Source: Fibrobacter sp. (GTDB lineage: Bacteria; Fibrobacterota; Fibrobacteria; Fibrobacterales; Fibrobacteraceae). From it: 64,000 nucleotides of DNA. The notes under the pieces are model-generated. The model did no database searches. It was not told the DNA's origin and saw nothing but the letters and a program-made list of their open reading frames with translations. The position numbers were made by a program, and so were the translations under genes. This document shows, piece by piece, positions 48,201 to 57,241 of this stretch. Each line of letters starts with the position of its first letter. The first letter of the stretch is position 1. Location: positions 6,761-70,760 of the forward strand of contig NZ_JAFZKX010000018.1 of NCBI RefSeq assembly GCF_017551775.1. The letters are read 5' to 3'.

Positions 48201-48607
48201 TAGCCCAATTCGAAAAGTTGCCTTCCAGCAGTTCTGTGGCGTCCAGTTCTAGCGAATCGTCGTCGAGCGTTGCTTCGAGTTCTTCTGCGAAGTCCTCCAG
48301 TTCCGCGAAGTCGTCTTCTAGCGCGAAGTCCAGTTCGAGCCAGAAGTCGGACAAGTCCTCCAGCAGTTCCAAGCCCAACCGCATCGATGTCGCCCCCGTG
48401 CCGCAGTTCAGCGTGGCTGTCCTGGGCAACACCTTGCAGGTGGCGGGTGCAAGGAGCGGTTCTACCTACGTGCTGTTCGATATGCAGGGCAATGAGGTGC
48501 TCCGTGGAGTGGCCAACAGTGCGAATTTCAACGTGACTGTGCCTGCTCCGGGTAGTTTTGTGCTCCGGATAGGGTATGGAACCCGCAAGGTGACTGTGGG
48601 CTTCTAG
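45221..48607 (+). CDS. Large secreted protein with InlB-B (Listeria-Bacteroides) repeats, GLUG-like passenger regions, Ser-rich linker and Fibrobacter C-terminal module
   Basis: Signal peptide; duplicated CYEIS..AELYGFA.IVN..CGKLTK.IVVN; three F.GWY...G repeats; SSSS linker; LFDMQGNEVLRG C-terminus. Confidence 0.8.
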   Translation: MKHSILALGGILFATISANAIIITPTAPVLSDGCYEISNEAELYGFAAIVNGTDGFLRNKAACGKLTKNIVVNSDVLNSYDDDELSAEFASWNPLDTFAGTFDGNGHTISGLFQNVTQDADAQDVGFIRVLVANPETPTVIKNLGIVDSYFEMKSRTGVGAAVFAVDVIDSDLEDGKDSYAKILNCYNQSQVYAKGYGKDANIVQRIGEHVVLTMENSYSVEDGFLYETNRGTLDVKNSYILDSKEKLDSYGIMHVTSDQFKKGVVAFALHEADPIWGQDVQKDKYPNFSGQLKNSSVDRYKVSFHTFTGDTADYFNSYISGFTYNLPDTVVKENTAFLGWYKDKEFSGNKDTAISTNETGNLEYWAKLKNVYKITFHLNGGDFDTGWNANYGYCSYRHEEDAVCEYLEGFQKALPTDGIYDINRYGYFFVGWYDNEELTGERISAMVATDVGDKDFYAKWYELKTPALDATDSCYEISDVAELYGFARIVNADRYYHETILQSHLCGKLTKDIVVNENVLKRDGTLDESGVNKFMPWSRIEGSLALFDGQGHKISGLFIPNGAGLFSELLSSDREKQTVIRNLTIDDTYSEGSGIVGYADLPLTLENCHFKGYIAGATGGLISSSDTTLVIKNSSHRGKMSARGSGYMGGLVGSSYTDLVLVQNFHEGSMKLSADTVTRDINGTLYVDVRTTSAGGLVGRLLGNAFIANNYSVSDIEGPSSGMVGGLIGSDAAMSMLVSKKGAVYYHAKEAFILNNYNKGSFSEEYKYSKGSDKWIVDNTFYLSATGIEDDRTQAVAADAFVDSSLAAALHDYVQKDSEGNVVAGGINGDAWKQGDYYPVLVQKEERNFAILHKDTSGSYSVFVYMPGETVALPVLEREGYTFAGWYKNAELTGSVVTEIGAEESGNLNFYAKWEKIRVYVSVESNLGNAGRLRLGSTWSTGALGFVYDTFDYGKRVYVEAVPNDGYRFVEWNTVCGTYASCYFTATETVNLVAQFEKLPSSSSVASSSSESSSSVASSSSAKSSSSAKSSSSAKSSSSQKSDKSSSSSKPNRIDVAPVPQFSVAVLGNTLQVAGARSGSTYVLFDMQGNEVLRGVANSANFNVTVPAPGSFVLRIGYGTRKVTVGF

Positions 48608-48657
48608 CGTAAAATTCTATATTGTGTCTCCGAAAAATTTAAAAATGGAGACGCATT

Positions 48658-49947
48658 ATGCTGCGTATTGGACTTATTGGTACTGGAACCGTCGGTGGCG
48701 GTGTCATTCAGATTTTGGAACAGAAGATTGCCGAGTACAAGGAAAAGCTCGGTGTCGAACTCGAACTCGCCTGCATCTGCGCGAAGTCCGAAGAAGAAGT
48801 CGCCCCGTACAAGGCGAAGGGCTACAAGGTTTCGACCAACGCCGATGAAATGATTGCCGGTGACGGCATCGACGTGCTCGTGGAACTTGCCGGTGGCTAC
48901 AACATGCCGCGCAAGTGGATCCTCGCTGCCCTCAATTCGGGCAAGCATGTGGTGACCGCGAACAAGGCTCTCCTCGCGAAGTACGGCCACGAGATTTTCC
49001 CGCTCGCTGCCGAAAAGGGCCTGCACGTTCTGTTCGAAGCTGCCGTTGGCGGTGGCATTCCCATTATCCGCAGCCTCCAGGAAGGCCTGCTCGGCTCTAC
49101 GGTGGAACACCTGAGCTGCATCATCAACGGCACCTGCAACTACATCCTGAGCCGCATGGCCGATGAAGGCCTCGACTTTGACGTGGTTTTGAAGGACGCC
49201 CAGAAGCTCGGCTTTGCCGAAGCCGACCCGACCTTCGACATCGAAGGCATCGACTCCGCCCACAAGACCGCCCTCCTCGCTAGCCTCTGCAGCGGCAAGC
49301 GCGTGGACTTCGAGAAGATTCACGTTACGGGCATTTCCAAGATTACCGCCCAGGATATCGCGTTCGCCAAGGAACTCGGCTGCTGCGTGAAGCTCCTCGG
49401 CATCTACCACCGCGACGGAAACCGCGTGGACGCCCGTGTCCATCCGTGCTTCGTCTCGAACGAAAACCTGCTTTCCAACGTGAACGGCGTCATCAATGCC
49501 GTTTACCTCAAGTGCGACAACCTGGGCGAAACGGTTCAGACCGGCGCCGGTGCTGGCCGCCTCCCGACGGCTTCTGCTGTCGTGGCCGACCTCGTTTCCT
49601 TGGCCCGCTCCGTGGACCAGGGTTCCCGCAAGGCGCTCCCGATGGGCTGGTTCAACGTCGACAATTCCGCGACCCTCGTCCCGATTTCGGAAACTTCGGC
49701 CCGCTACTACCTGCGCTTTACGTCCCGCGACGCTTGCGGTGTGCTCGCAAAGATCACGAGCGTTCTTGCCGAGAATAGCATCTCCATCGAGACGATTATC
49801 CAGAAGAACGTGAATGACCCGGGCAAGGTCTCTATCGTGGTCATTACCGAAAAAACGCAGGACTGCAAGGCCTCGAAGGCGGTGGATGCCATCGACGCCC
49901 TGCCCGAAATCGTCGAAAAGAGCCAGGTTATCCGCTTCCTCGCCTAG
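48658..49947 (+). CDS. hom: Homoserine dehydrogenase with C-terminal ACT domain
   Basis: IGLIGTGTVGGG, HVVTANK, FEAAVGGGIP, INGTCNYIL, GFAEADPTFDIEGID, GAGAGRLPTASAV. Confidence 0.96.
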   Translation: MLRIGLIGTGTVGGGVIQILEQKIAEYKEKLGVELELACICAKSEEEVAPYKAKGYKVSTNADEMIAGDGIDVLVELAGGYNMPRKWILAALNSGKHVVTANKALLAKYGHEIFPLAAEKGLHVLFEAAVGGGIPIIRSLQEGLLGSTVEHLSCIINGTCNYILSRMADEGLDFDVVLKDAQKLGFAEADPTFDIEGIDSAHKTALLASLCSGKRVDFEKIHVTGISKITAQDIAFAKELGCCVKLLGIYHRDGNRVDARVHPCFVSNENLLSNVNGVINAVYLKCDNLGETVQTGAGAGRLPTASAVVADLVSLARSVDQGSRKALPMGWFNVDNSATLVPISETSARYYLRFTSRDACGVLAKITSVLAENSISIETIIQKNVNDPGKVSIVVITEKTQDCKASKAVDAIDALPEIVEKSQVIRFLA

Positions 49948-49989
49948 CGAGGTGGCCTTTTCGGCCGGATTTTTGTAGTTTAGTTCATT

Positions 49990-51441
49990 ATGATACGCGC
50001 TGCTACATTGGAACGTATCCTCGTTATCCTTTCGGATTTCGTGGCTCTTTCCATTTGCTTCATGCTCGCTTTTTGGGTGCAGTTCCATAGCGGCTGGATT
50101 GCCGACAAGTACGACCCGAGCAAGCTGTTTGCGGATTATGCCCACATGGGGCTTTTCCTCAATATCGCATGGCTCGTGCTGTTCACTTGCGCGGGGCTTT
50201 ACCGCTCGTGGCTCCTGATGTCGCGAACGCACCAGATTCTGCGTGTGCTGCGCGGTGTCATCATCGGAATTGTCCTTATTATCGTGTGCCTTTTCGGCTC
50301 GGAGTTCATCTCCAAGTTCTCGTCCAACATGCCGTTGAGCGAAGGTTACCTGTACGGTTCCCGCTTCCCGTGGATATTCATTTACGGCGGACTTGCGATG
50401 GTGCTTGTAGCTTCGTTCAGGATGTTCATCTACCTGTGCCTGCGCGGTCTATTGCGGCTTGGCTACGGGGCGAACAATATCCTGGTGCTCGGCGCTACCG
50501 AGGCGGGCCGCAAGGTTGCCGAAGACTTGAAGAATACGCCGGAACGAGGCCAGCGCGTTATCGGGTTTGTGGACGAGCGCTTCCAGGTGATGGATCGTGA
50601 GTTCGCCGGTTTCCCCGTGCTTGGTAAATATTCGGACCTGGCCGCTCTCGTGAAAAAATATCGCGTGACCGGGATTGTCATTGCGCACGAAAGTTCTTCG
50701 CCGCAAGAGATTATGCGCGTGCTCGTGTGGATTTGCGAGATGGCGCTGCACATCTATATCGTTCCGGAACTTTACCCCGTGGTGAACGGACGGTTCAAGG
50801 CAAACCTCGTTTACGGTTTTGAATTGCAGGAACTTTTCGCGTTCACCATGCCTCCTTGGCAGGTGCGTGTGAAGCGCATCATGGATTTGGTCGTGGGTGG
50901 GTTTATCGGCCTGGTGTCGTTCCCGCTGTGGATTTTCGCGGCCATCGCCATCAAGCTGCAGGACGGTGGCCCGGTGTTCTATTCCCAGGAACGCATTGGA
51001 CTTTACGGCAAGCCGTTCACGGTGTACAAGTTCCGTACCATGCGGACCGATGCCGAGAAGTTCGGTGCCCAGTGGGCGACCAAGGACGACCCGCGCGTCA
51101 CGAAGATTGGCAAGTTCCTGCGCAAGACCCGTATCGACGAACTGCCGCAGATTTTGTGCGTGTTGAAGGGTGACATGAGCATGGTGGGGCCGCGTCCCGA
51201 GCGTGCCGTGTTCATCAGCAAGCTCCGTGAAGAAATTCCGTTCTACATTAGCCGACTCAAGATGAAGCCTGGCCTTACTGGCTGGGCGCAGGTGCGCCAT
51301 CATTACGATACCAGCACCGAGGACGTGAAAATCAAGTTGCAGTACGACATGTATTACTACGAGAACATGAGCCTGCTCCTGGATTTCCAGATTCTTGTCC
51401 GCACTGTTTACGTTGTCTTGACCGGTAAAGGAGCGCAATAA
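49990..51441 (+). CDS. Polyprenyl glycosylphosphotransferase (WcaJ/CpsE-like, multi-TM)
   Basis: N-terminal TM helices, CoA-binding-like ILVLGA..G domain, KRIMDL, YKFRTM, RKTRIDELPQ, GDMSMVGPRPER, KPGLTGWAQV. Confidence 0.93.
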   Translation: MIRAATLERILVILSDFVALSICFMLAFWVQFHSGWIADKYDPSKLFADYAHMGLFLNIAWLVLFTCAGLYRSWLLMSRTHQILRVLRGVIIGIVLIIVCLFGSEFISKFSSNMPLSEGYLYGSRFPWIFIYGGLAMVLVASFRMFIYLCLRGLLRLGYGANNILVLGATEAGRKVAEDLKNTPERGQRVIGFVDERFQVMDREFAGFPVLGKYSDLAALVKKYRVTGIVIAHESSSPQEIMRVLVWICEMALHIYIVPELYPVVNGRFKANLVYGFELQELFAFTMPPWQVRVKRIMDLVVGGFIGLVSFPLWIFAAIAIKLQDGGPVFYSQERIGLYGKPFTVYKFRTMRTDAEKFGAQWATKDDPRVTKIGKFLRKTRIDELPQILCVLKGDMSMVGPRPERAVFISKLREEIPFYISRLKMKPGLTGWAQVRHHYDTSTEDVKIKLQYDMYYYENMSLLLDFQILVRTVYVVLTGKGAQ

Positions 51442-51459
51442 TGACTTTGGCCAATTGTT

Positions 51460-51539
51460 GGTCAATAGTCACTGGCTTTTATAACTGCGCCGTGGGCGCC
51501 AAATTTAAACAAACGACCGATAACCAATAACTAGCGACT
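51460..51539. repeat. Heptamer-armed hairpin element, copy 3
   Basis: GGTCAAT AGTCACT GGCTTTT arm; GCGCC-GTG-GGCGC (51487-99); AACGACC GATAACC AATAACT AGCGACT arm. Confidence 0.8.
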
Positions 51540-51544
51540 GAATT

Positions 51545-52408
51545 ATGTACGGTGATAACTCGACGCCCAAATTCCCTGTAGAAGATGCTCTCACGATGAT
51601 CCGCTTGGCGCTTGCCGAAGACGTGCGTACGGGCGATGTCACCAGCGAATGGACTATCCCTGCCGACCAGAAGCAGCATGCTCGCCTGATTGCCAAGGAA
51701 GACGGCGTGCTCGCCGGCCTCCCGGTCATCGAACTCGTGTTCCAGGAACTGAAGGCCAGCGTGAAGGTGACGCTCCACAAGAAAGACGGCGATGTCGTCA
51801 AGAAGGGCGACCTGATTGCCGAAATGGACGGCACGACGCATGAACTTCTGACTGGCGAACGCACTCTCCTGAACTTTATTCAGCAGCTTTCGGGCGTGGC
51901 GACTGTCGCGCATACCTTCCAGGAAGCCCTGAAGGGCGGCAAGACCAAGGTGCTCGATACGCGCAAGACCGTTCCCGGTTTCCGCACGCTGCAGAAGTAT
52001 GCCGTGCGCGTGGGTGGCGGTTCCAACCACCGTATGGGGCTCTTCGACATGGTGCTCGTGAAGGACAACCACATCGCCGCCGCGGGTGGCGTGCTCCAGG
52101 CGCTCGAGGTCGTGAAGAAGAACAACAAGCAGAACTTGATGGTCGAGATGGAAGTCGAAAACTTCGACCAGCTGCGCGCTCTTTTGAACAAGGGTGTGGA
52201 CGTCATCATGCTCGACAACATGAGCAACGAGATGATGGCCGAGGCCCTGAAGATTATCAAGGAAAGCGGCGACAAGTGCCTGGTGGAAGGCTCCGGCAAC
52301 ATGACGCTCGAACGCGCGAAGGAAATCGCGACGCTCGGGCTCGACTACATTTCGGTCGGTGCGCTCACTCACAGCGTTAAAGCGCTCGATATTTCGATGC
52401 GAATTTAG
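51545..52408 (+). CDS. nadC: Nicotinate-nucleotide pyrophosphorylase (QPRTase)
   Basis: EDVRTGDVT, ERTLLNFIQQLSG.AT, DTRKT.PG.R, HRMGLFDMVL.KDNH, IMLDN, DYISVGALTHS. Confidence 0.97.
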   Translation: MYGDNSTPKFPVEDALTMIRLALAEDVRTGDVTSEWTIPADQKQHARLIAKEDGVLAGLPVIELVFQELKASVKVTLHKKDGDVVKKGDLIAEMDGTTHELLTGERTLLNFIQQLSGVATVAHTFQEALKGGKTKVLDTRKTVPGFRTLQKYAVRVGGGSNHRMGLFDMVLVKDNHIAAAGGVLQALEVVKKNNKQNLMVEMEVENFDQLRALLNKGVDVIMLDNMSNEMMAEALKIIKESGDKCLVEGSGNMTLERAKEIATLGLDYISVGALTHSVKALDISMRI

Positions 52409-52468
52409 TGGAATAAAACCACAAAAGGCTTGTTTTGTTATATTCCTTGCAAACTCAAGGAGTATTTT

Positions 52469-53983
52469 ATGGAACAACAGGCTGTTGAGGTTGTATCCTA
52501 CTTTCATGGAACATTCTGGGCGCTGGTGCCCTCTGTTGTGGCGATTGTCCTTGCCCTCATTACGAAGGAGGCGTACTCGTCTCTGTTCGTGGGCATTTTG
52601 ATGGGCGGCTTGCTCATTAGCGAAGGCAACTTCCCCCATTTTTTGGAAGCCGTATTCAAAAACGGCATGGTCAAGCAGGTGTCTGATCCGTGGAACGTAG
52701 GCATTCTCCTTTTCCTGGTGGTTCTGGGTTCACTGGTCGTCTTGATGAATAAGTCCGGAGGTGCGGCGGCTTTCGGAGAATGGGCTCAACAGCATATCAA
52801 GTCCAAGATGGGTGTCCAGCTGGCGACGGTCATCTTGGGTATCCTGATTTTTGTGGACGATTACTTCAACTGCCTCACGGTGGGTAGCGTGATGCGCCCT
52901 GTTACGGACAAATTCAAGCTTAGCCACGAGAAACTGGCGTACCTGATTGATGCGACTGCCGCTCCGATATGCATTATAGCGCCTATCAGTTCGTGGGCCG
53001 CTGCTGTTACCGGTTTTGTGGAAGGCGAGGATGGCCTCGGGCTTTTCGTAAAATCGATTCCCTATAATTTCTATGCGCTGCTGACCATTATCGCTTTGTT
53101 CTCGTTGATTCTTTTGAAGGTCGATTTTGGCCCGATGAAGAAATATGAGACTGCGGCGGAAAAACTCAGTGCGCAGACGGAGTCTTTGAAGCGTGAAGAT
53201 TCTCGAGGTACCGTTATCGATTTGATTTTCCCGATTGTAGCTTTGATCGTTTTCTGCGTGGCCGGGTTGGTTTATACGGGAGGATTTTTCTCGAGCGGAA
53301 CGGCGCATAAGGGCTTTGTCGATGCGTTTGGGGCGAGCGATGCCTCGGTTGGCCTTGTAATCGGTAGCTTCGGCACGTTCATTGTGACGGTGATTTGGTA
53401 TCTGGGGCGCCGTGTTTTAAAATTGCGCAAGTGCGTGGAATGCGTGCCCGAAGGTTTCAAGACGATGGTCCCCGCAATCTTGATTCTTGTGCTTGCCTGG
53501 AGCCTGAAGGGAGTTACCGATACGCTTGGCGCGAAGGATTTTGTGGCTGGTCTCATTTCGGGAAGCGCCGCTGGCTTTATGAACTTTATGCCGGCAATCA
53601 TCTTCCTTATCGGTGTGGGGCTCGCTTTCTCGACTGGAACTTCGTGGGGAACGTTTGGCATCTTGATTCCGATTGTGGTGGCGGCATTCTCGGGCATCGA
53701 TCCGAACTTGATGATCATTTCCATTTCGGCGTGCATGGCGGGTGCCGTCTGTGGCGACCACATATCTCCGATTTCCGATACGACGATTATGGCGAGTGCC
53801 GGTGCGGATTGTAACCATGTAAATCACGTGAATACGCAGTTGCCCTATGCTCTATCTGTTGCGTGCGTGAGCTTTGTCAGCTATATTGTGGCGGGATTCA
53901 CGCGAAGTGCGGTCCTTTCGCTGGCGGTGGGTTTTGCGATTATTGTCGTGGGCATTCTTCTCATTAAGAAGAAGCAGGCTTGA
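52469..53983 (+). CDS. Na+/H+ antiporter NhaC-family transporter
   Basis: IFVDDYFNCLTVG.VMRPVTD, LAYLIDATAAPIC, FSTGTSWGTFGI, GAVCGDHISPISDTTIMAS. AAGGAG SD before ATG 52469. Confidence 0.9.
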   Translation: MEQQAVEVVSYFHGTFWALVPSVVAIVLALITKEAYSSLFVGILMGGLLISEGNFPHFLEAVFKNGMVKQVSDPWNVGILLFLVVLGSLVVLMNKSGGAAAFGEWAQQHIKSKMGVQLATVILGILIFVDDYFNCLTVGSVMRPVTDKFKLSHEKLAYLIDATAAPICIIAPISSWAAAVTGFVEGEDGLGLFVKSIPYNFYALLTIIALFSLILLKVDFGPMKKYETAAEKLSAQTESLKREDSRGTVIDLIFPIVALIVFCVAGLVYTGGFFSSGTAHKGFVDAFGASDASVGLVIGSFGTFIVTVIWYLGRRVLKLRKCVECVPEGFKTMVPAILILVLAWSLKGVTDTLGAKDFVAGLISGSAAGFMNFMPAIIFLIGVGLAFSTGTSWGTFGILIPIVVAAFSGIDPNLMIISISACMAGAVCGDHISPISDTTIMASAGADCNHVNHVNTQLPYALSVACVSFVSYIVAGFTRSAVLSLAVGFAIIVVGILLIKKKQA

Positions 53984-54878
53984 TTTGCGCAATCACGATG
54001 GCTACCATCATGATTGCACAGCCGCAGATTTCGCGGGCGGAAAGCTGTTCCCCTAGAATGGCCCAACCCGCAAGGACGGCGAATACCGATTCCAGGCTCA
54101 TCGTGAGCGATGCGATAGTGGGATTGATTTTATCCTGGGCGACAATTTGCAGCGTGTAGGCGATACCGCTGGAACATAGGGCTGCAAACGCAAGGCCTGC
54201 GACTGCATACGGGTTTACAAATGCGGCAATTACGGTACTGAAATCCATTGCCGGAAATTTTAGGTCGAATATAATCATCAGCGGAGCAGTCAAGACGCCG
54301 ATTGTCAGGAATTGAATTGCCGAAACGCGGATGGGGTCCACGTGATTGACGAACTTGTCGATGACGAGGATGTGAAATGAAAATGCCAGCGCGCATAGGA
54401 GCGAGACGCTGTCCGAAAGTTCAATCGAGAAACCGTCCTTGACGCAGAGCAGGTAGAGCCCCGCCGTTGTGATGGCGATGCAAACCCAGGTTTTCAATGA
54501 GGTTCGCTTGCCGAGAAACAGGCTCACGACAGGCACGAGCACGATGTAGCAGGCGGTGAGGAATCCGGATTTCCCGGCGGGGGTGCCGAGGAACATTCCC
54601 AGTTGTTGCAGGTTCATCGCGGTGCAGAGTGCGAGCCCGCAAAAGAATCCGGCCTTCCAGTGCAACCACGCTTCTTTGCGGTTGCGCGGCCTGCGGGGGC
54701 TCTTGCCGAACGCATCGAGAATCTTGAAGATCAGGGCCAGGAAGCCTGCGGCGATAAAGCAACGGATGCACGAGAATGCGAATGGCCCGAAGGCGTTTCC
54801 TTCGATTTGGGCGACGAAGCCCGAACCCCAGATTGCCGCCGTCAGGATGAGCAGGAATGTATAGCCTAAATTAGCCAT
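53964..54878 (-). CDS. DMT/EamA-family transporter
   Basis: IWGSGF, GKSGFLTACYIVLVP, YTLQIVAQ..P..ASL.MSLESVFA; ~10 TM segments. Confidence 0.9.
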   Translation of the reverse strand: MANLGYTFLLILTAAIWGSGFVAQIEGNAFGPFAFSCIRCFIAAGFLALIFKILDAFGKSPRRPRNRKEAWLHWKAGFFCGLALCTAMNLQQLGMFLGTPAGKSGFLTACYIVLVPVVSLFLGKRTSLKTWVCIAITTAGLYLLCVKDGFSIELSDSVSLLCALAFSFHILVIDKFVNHVDPIRVSAIQFLTIGVLTAPLMIIFDLKFPAMDFSTVIAAFVNPYAVAGLAFAALCSSGIAYTLQIVAQDKINPTIASLTMSLESVFAVLAGWAILGEQLSAREICGCAIMMVAIVIAQIKPASS

Positions 54879-54923
54879 GGAAGCATATATAGCAATCATT
54901 GGCGTTTTCAATTTTCTATCTTT

Positions 54924-54947
54924 TGCGCAAAATTAGTGATTTGCGCA
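54924..54947. promoter_or_regulatory. Palindromic operator candidate abutting the coaX start
   Basis: TGCGCAAA-ATTAGTGA-TTTGCGCA. Confidence 0.4.
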
Positions 54948-55777
54948 TGAAGAAGAATTTGAAAAAGTCGAATACGATATCTTTCGTGGTGGATGTGGGA
55001 AACTCCCACACGGTTTTGGGTATTTTTAAGGGTGACAAGGTGGTAGACCATTGGAGGCTTACCACTCGCAAGGAGACTACTAGTGACGAGGTGATGAACC
55101 GCATTGGCGGTCTTGTGCGTTTTTCTGAAATTAAACCGTCGGAGATTACGCATGTGGGCCTTTCCACTGTGGTGCCCGCTTTGGAACGTCCGTGGATCAA
55201 GGCTCTACAGACCCTCCTTAAGCGCCCGGTACAGGTGGTGAGTTCCAGAAATTGCCTCGGCTGCCCGATTGCCTACCCGAACCCGGCTTCGCTGGGTGCC
55301 GACCGCCTCTGCAACGTGATTGCGCTCCGCGACCGCGGCTACAAGGATGCTATCGTCGTGGACATGGGTACGGCGACGACCTTTGACGTGATGAAGGACG
55401 GCGGATTTGCCGGTGGTATCATCATTCCGGGAATCAGCGCCAGTCTGGACGTGTTGACCGAGAAGGCGGCGCGCCTTATGCCGGTGAGCATCGAGTGGCC
55501 CGACCATGTGATTGCGAATAATACCGACGATGCCATCCGTGCGGGTCTCCTGTACGGGTTCATGGCGGAGCTCGAATCGCTGGTCGAAAAAATCAAGGCC
55601 GAGATGGGCAAGAAGAAGGTTCCCGTTTTCGCTACGGGCGGATGGGGCCAGATGGTCATGGGACATAGCAAAGTTATCGATACCTACGATCCTTATTTGA
55701 CTCTGAACGGCGTGCGTCTCGTGGCTCTCCGCGGAAACGGTGCTGCCGAAATTGAACGTGATTCAGACGACGAATAG
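54947..55777 (+). CDS. coaX: Type III pantothenate kinase
   Basis: VVDVGNSHT, STVVP, LGADR, VDMGTATTFD, GG.IIPG, NT.DAIRAG, ATGG, LTLNG. Confidence 0.95.
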   Translation: MKKNLKKSNTISFVVDVGNSHTVLGIFKGDKVVDHWRLTTRKETTSDEVMNRIGGLVRFSEIKPSEITHVGLSTVVPALERPWIKALQTLLKRPVQVVSSRNCLGCPIAYPNPASLGADRLCNVIALRDRGYKDAIVVDMGTATTFDVMKDGGFAGGIIIPGISASLDVLTEKAARLMPVSIEWPDHVIANNTDDAIRAGLLYGFMAELESLVEKIKAEMGKKKVPVFATGGWGQMVMGHSKVIDTYDPYLTLNGVRLVALRGNGAAEIERDSDDE

Positions 55778-57164
55778 TTCTTTTGCTCCCAAGAAGCGGG
55801 GTGACATTCGGGATGTGCTTGTTGTGGCGCTCCCGATGCTTTTGTCGATGTCGTTCGATACGTTTATGACGTTTATCGACCGTCTTTTCTTATCTAAACT
55901 GGGGCCTGCCGAGATGAACGCTGCGCTTGGCGCCGGTGCGGTACAGCTTGCGCTTACGATGTTTTTTACGGGGGCGGTGAGCTACACGACGGCTATGGTG
56001 GCACAGCGCCTGGGGGCGAAAAAGCGTTGGGATTGCGCACGCGTGTTCATGCAGGCGGTTTACCTTTCGCTTGCCTGCGTTCCCCTGCTTTATTCGACAA
56101 TCCCGCTGGGGCATTTGGTTTTCGGACTCGAGAACTTGCCGGCGGACCAGCTGGAATACCAGAAGACGTATTTCAACATATTGATGTTTGGCGGCATAAT
56201 CTCGTTGGTGCGCAATGCGGCTCCGTGCTTCTTTAGCGGTATCGGCGAGACCAAGATTGTGATGCAGGCCGCGTTCGTGGGCATGATTGTGAATGTGGTC
56301 TGCAATTTCGTGCTGATTTTCGGTTTGGGGCCGATTCCCGCTTTGGGTGTCGCGGGTGCTGCCTACGGGACATTGATGGGGAATGCCGTCTCGACGGTTA
56401 TTTTGTTCGTGAAATTCTTTGGCAAGTCGTGCCATAGGCGCTTCCGCACGCGCAATGCGTTTGCGTTCAACTGGCCGCTTTGCCGTGAACTCTTGCGGAA
56501 GGGGATTCCCTCGGGCGTCGAGATGTTCTTGAACATGTCGGCATTCCAGATGCTCATCTTGATGTTCCATGCGCTTGGGCCGGCGGCGGCGACGGCATCC
56601 TCGGTGATGTTCAACTGGGACATGGTGGCGTATGTGCCGCTCATGGGGCTCGAGGTGGCGTCAACAAGTCTCGTGGGGCGTTATGTGGGCGCTAAAAATG
56701 GCGCTGCCGCAAACAGGTCTACTTATTCGGGGCTCCGCTTGGGATGGGGCTATTCTGCGATTATCGGGGTGCTTTTCGTCTTTTTGCCGGGAGTGCTTAC
56801 GGATGTTTTCCAGCCCGATGTGGCGGAGGCGTCGTCTCAGGCGCTTGCGATTTTTGCGGAAGCTAGGCCGATGGGCATGTTTATGTTGCGTTTTGCCGCA
56901 CTTTACATTTTTGTCGAGGTGCTTCTGGTCATCTATGCAGGTGCCTTGCGTGGCGCGGGCGATACGTTCTGGGTGATGGTTGCGAGTGCCGTGATGAACT
57001 GGTTTGTCGCCCTTGCGCTGTACGTTGCCGCATATGTGATTGAACTGCCGGCTCATTATGCCTGGATTGCCGTTGTCGCTGTTTACAGCACTGTTCCGCT
57101 TATTTTCTGGCGGCGCTGGAAGAGCGGAAAATGGCGCAAGCATGTGCTTGAGAATGCCTCGTAG
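55740..57164 (+). CDS. MATE-family efflux transporter
   Basis: IDRLFLSKLG..EMNAA, FFSGIGETK, GVAGAAYGT, ASTSLVGRYVGAK, GALRGAGDT. Exact start uncertain. Confidence 0.92.
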   Translation: MLPKLNVIQTTNSSFAPKKRGDIRDVLVVALPMLLSMSFDTFMTFIDRLFLSKLGPAEMNAALGAGAVQLALTMFFTGAVSYTTAMVAQRLGAKKRWDCARVFMQAVYLSLACVPLLYSTIPLGHLVFGLENLPADQLEYQKTYFNILMFGGIISLVRNAAPCFFSGIGETKIVMQAAFVGMIVNVVCNFVLIFGLGPIPALGVAGAAYGTLMGNAVSTVILFVKFFGKSCHRRFRTRNAFAFNWPLCRELLRKGIPSGVEMFLNMSAFQMLILMFHALGPAAATASSVMFNWDMVAYVPLMGLEVASTSLVGRYVGAKNGAAANRSTYSGLRLGWGYSAIIGVLFVFLPGVLTDVFQPDVAEASSQALAIFAEARPMGMFMLRFAALYIFVEVLLVIYAGALRGAGDTFWVMVASAVMNWFVALALYVAAYVIELPAHYAWIAVVAVYSTVPLIFWRRWKSGKWRKHVLENAS

Positions 57165-57241
57165 GTCGCGGGGATTCTTTCGCCAAGGTGCCCCGCGCAA
57201 AGCGGTAGCGACGGGTGCTATTTCTTTCTATATTGTACTAC

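Noticed and set aside
41685-48607. Polysaccharide utilisation locus around the GH30 gene
   Set aside because: There is no SusC/SusD pair, sensor or second CAZyme, and the neighbours are unrelated.
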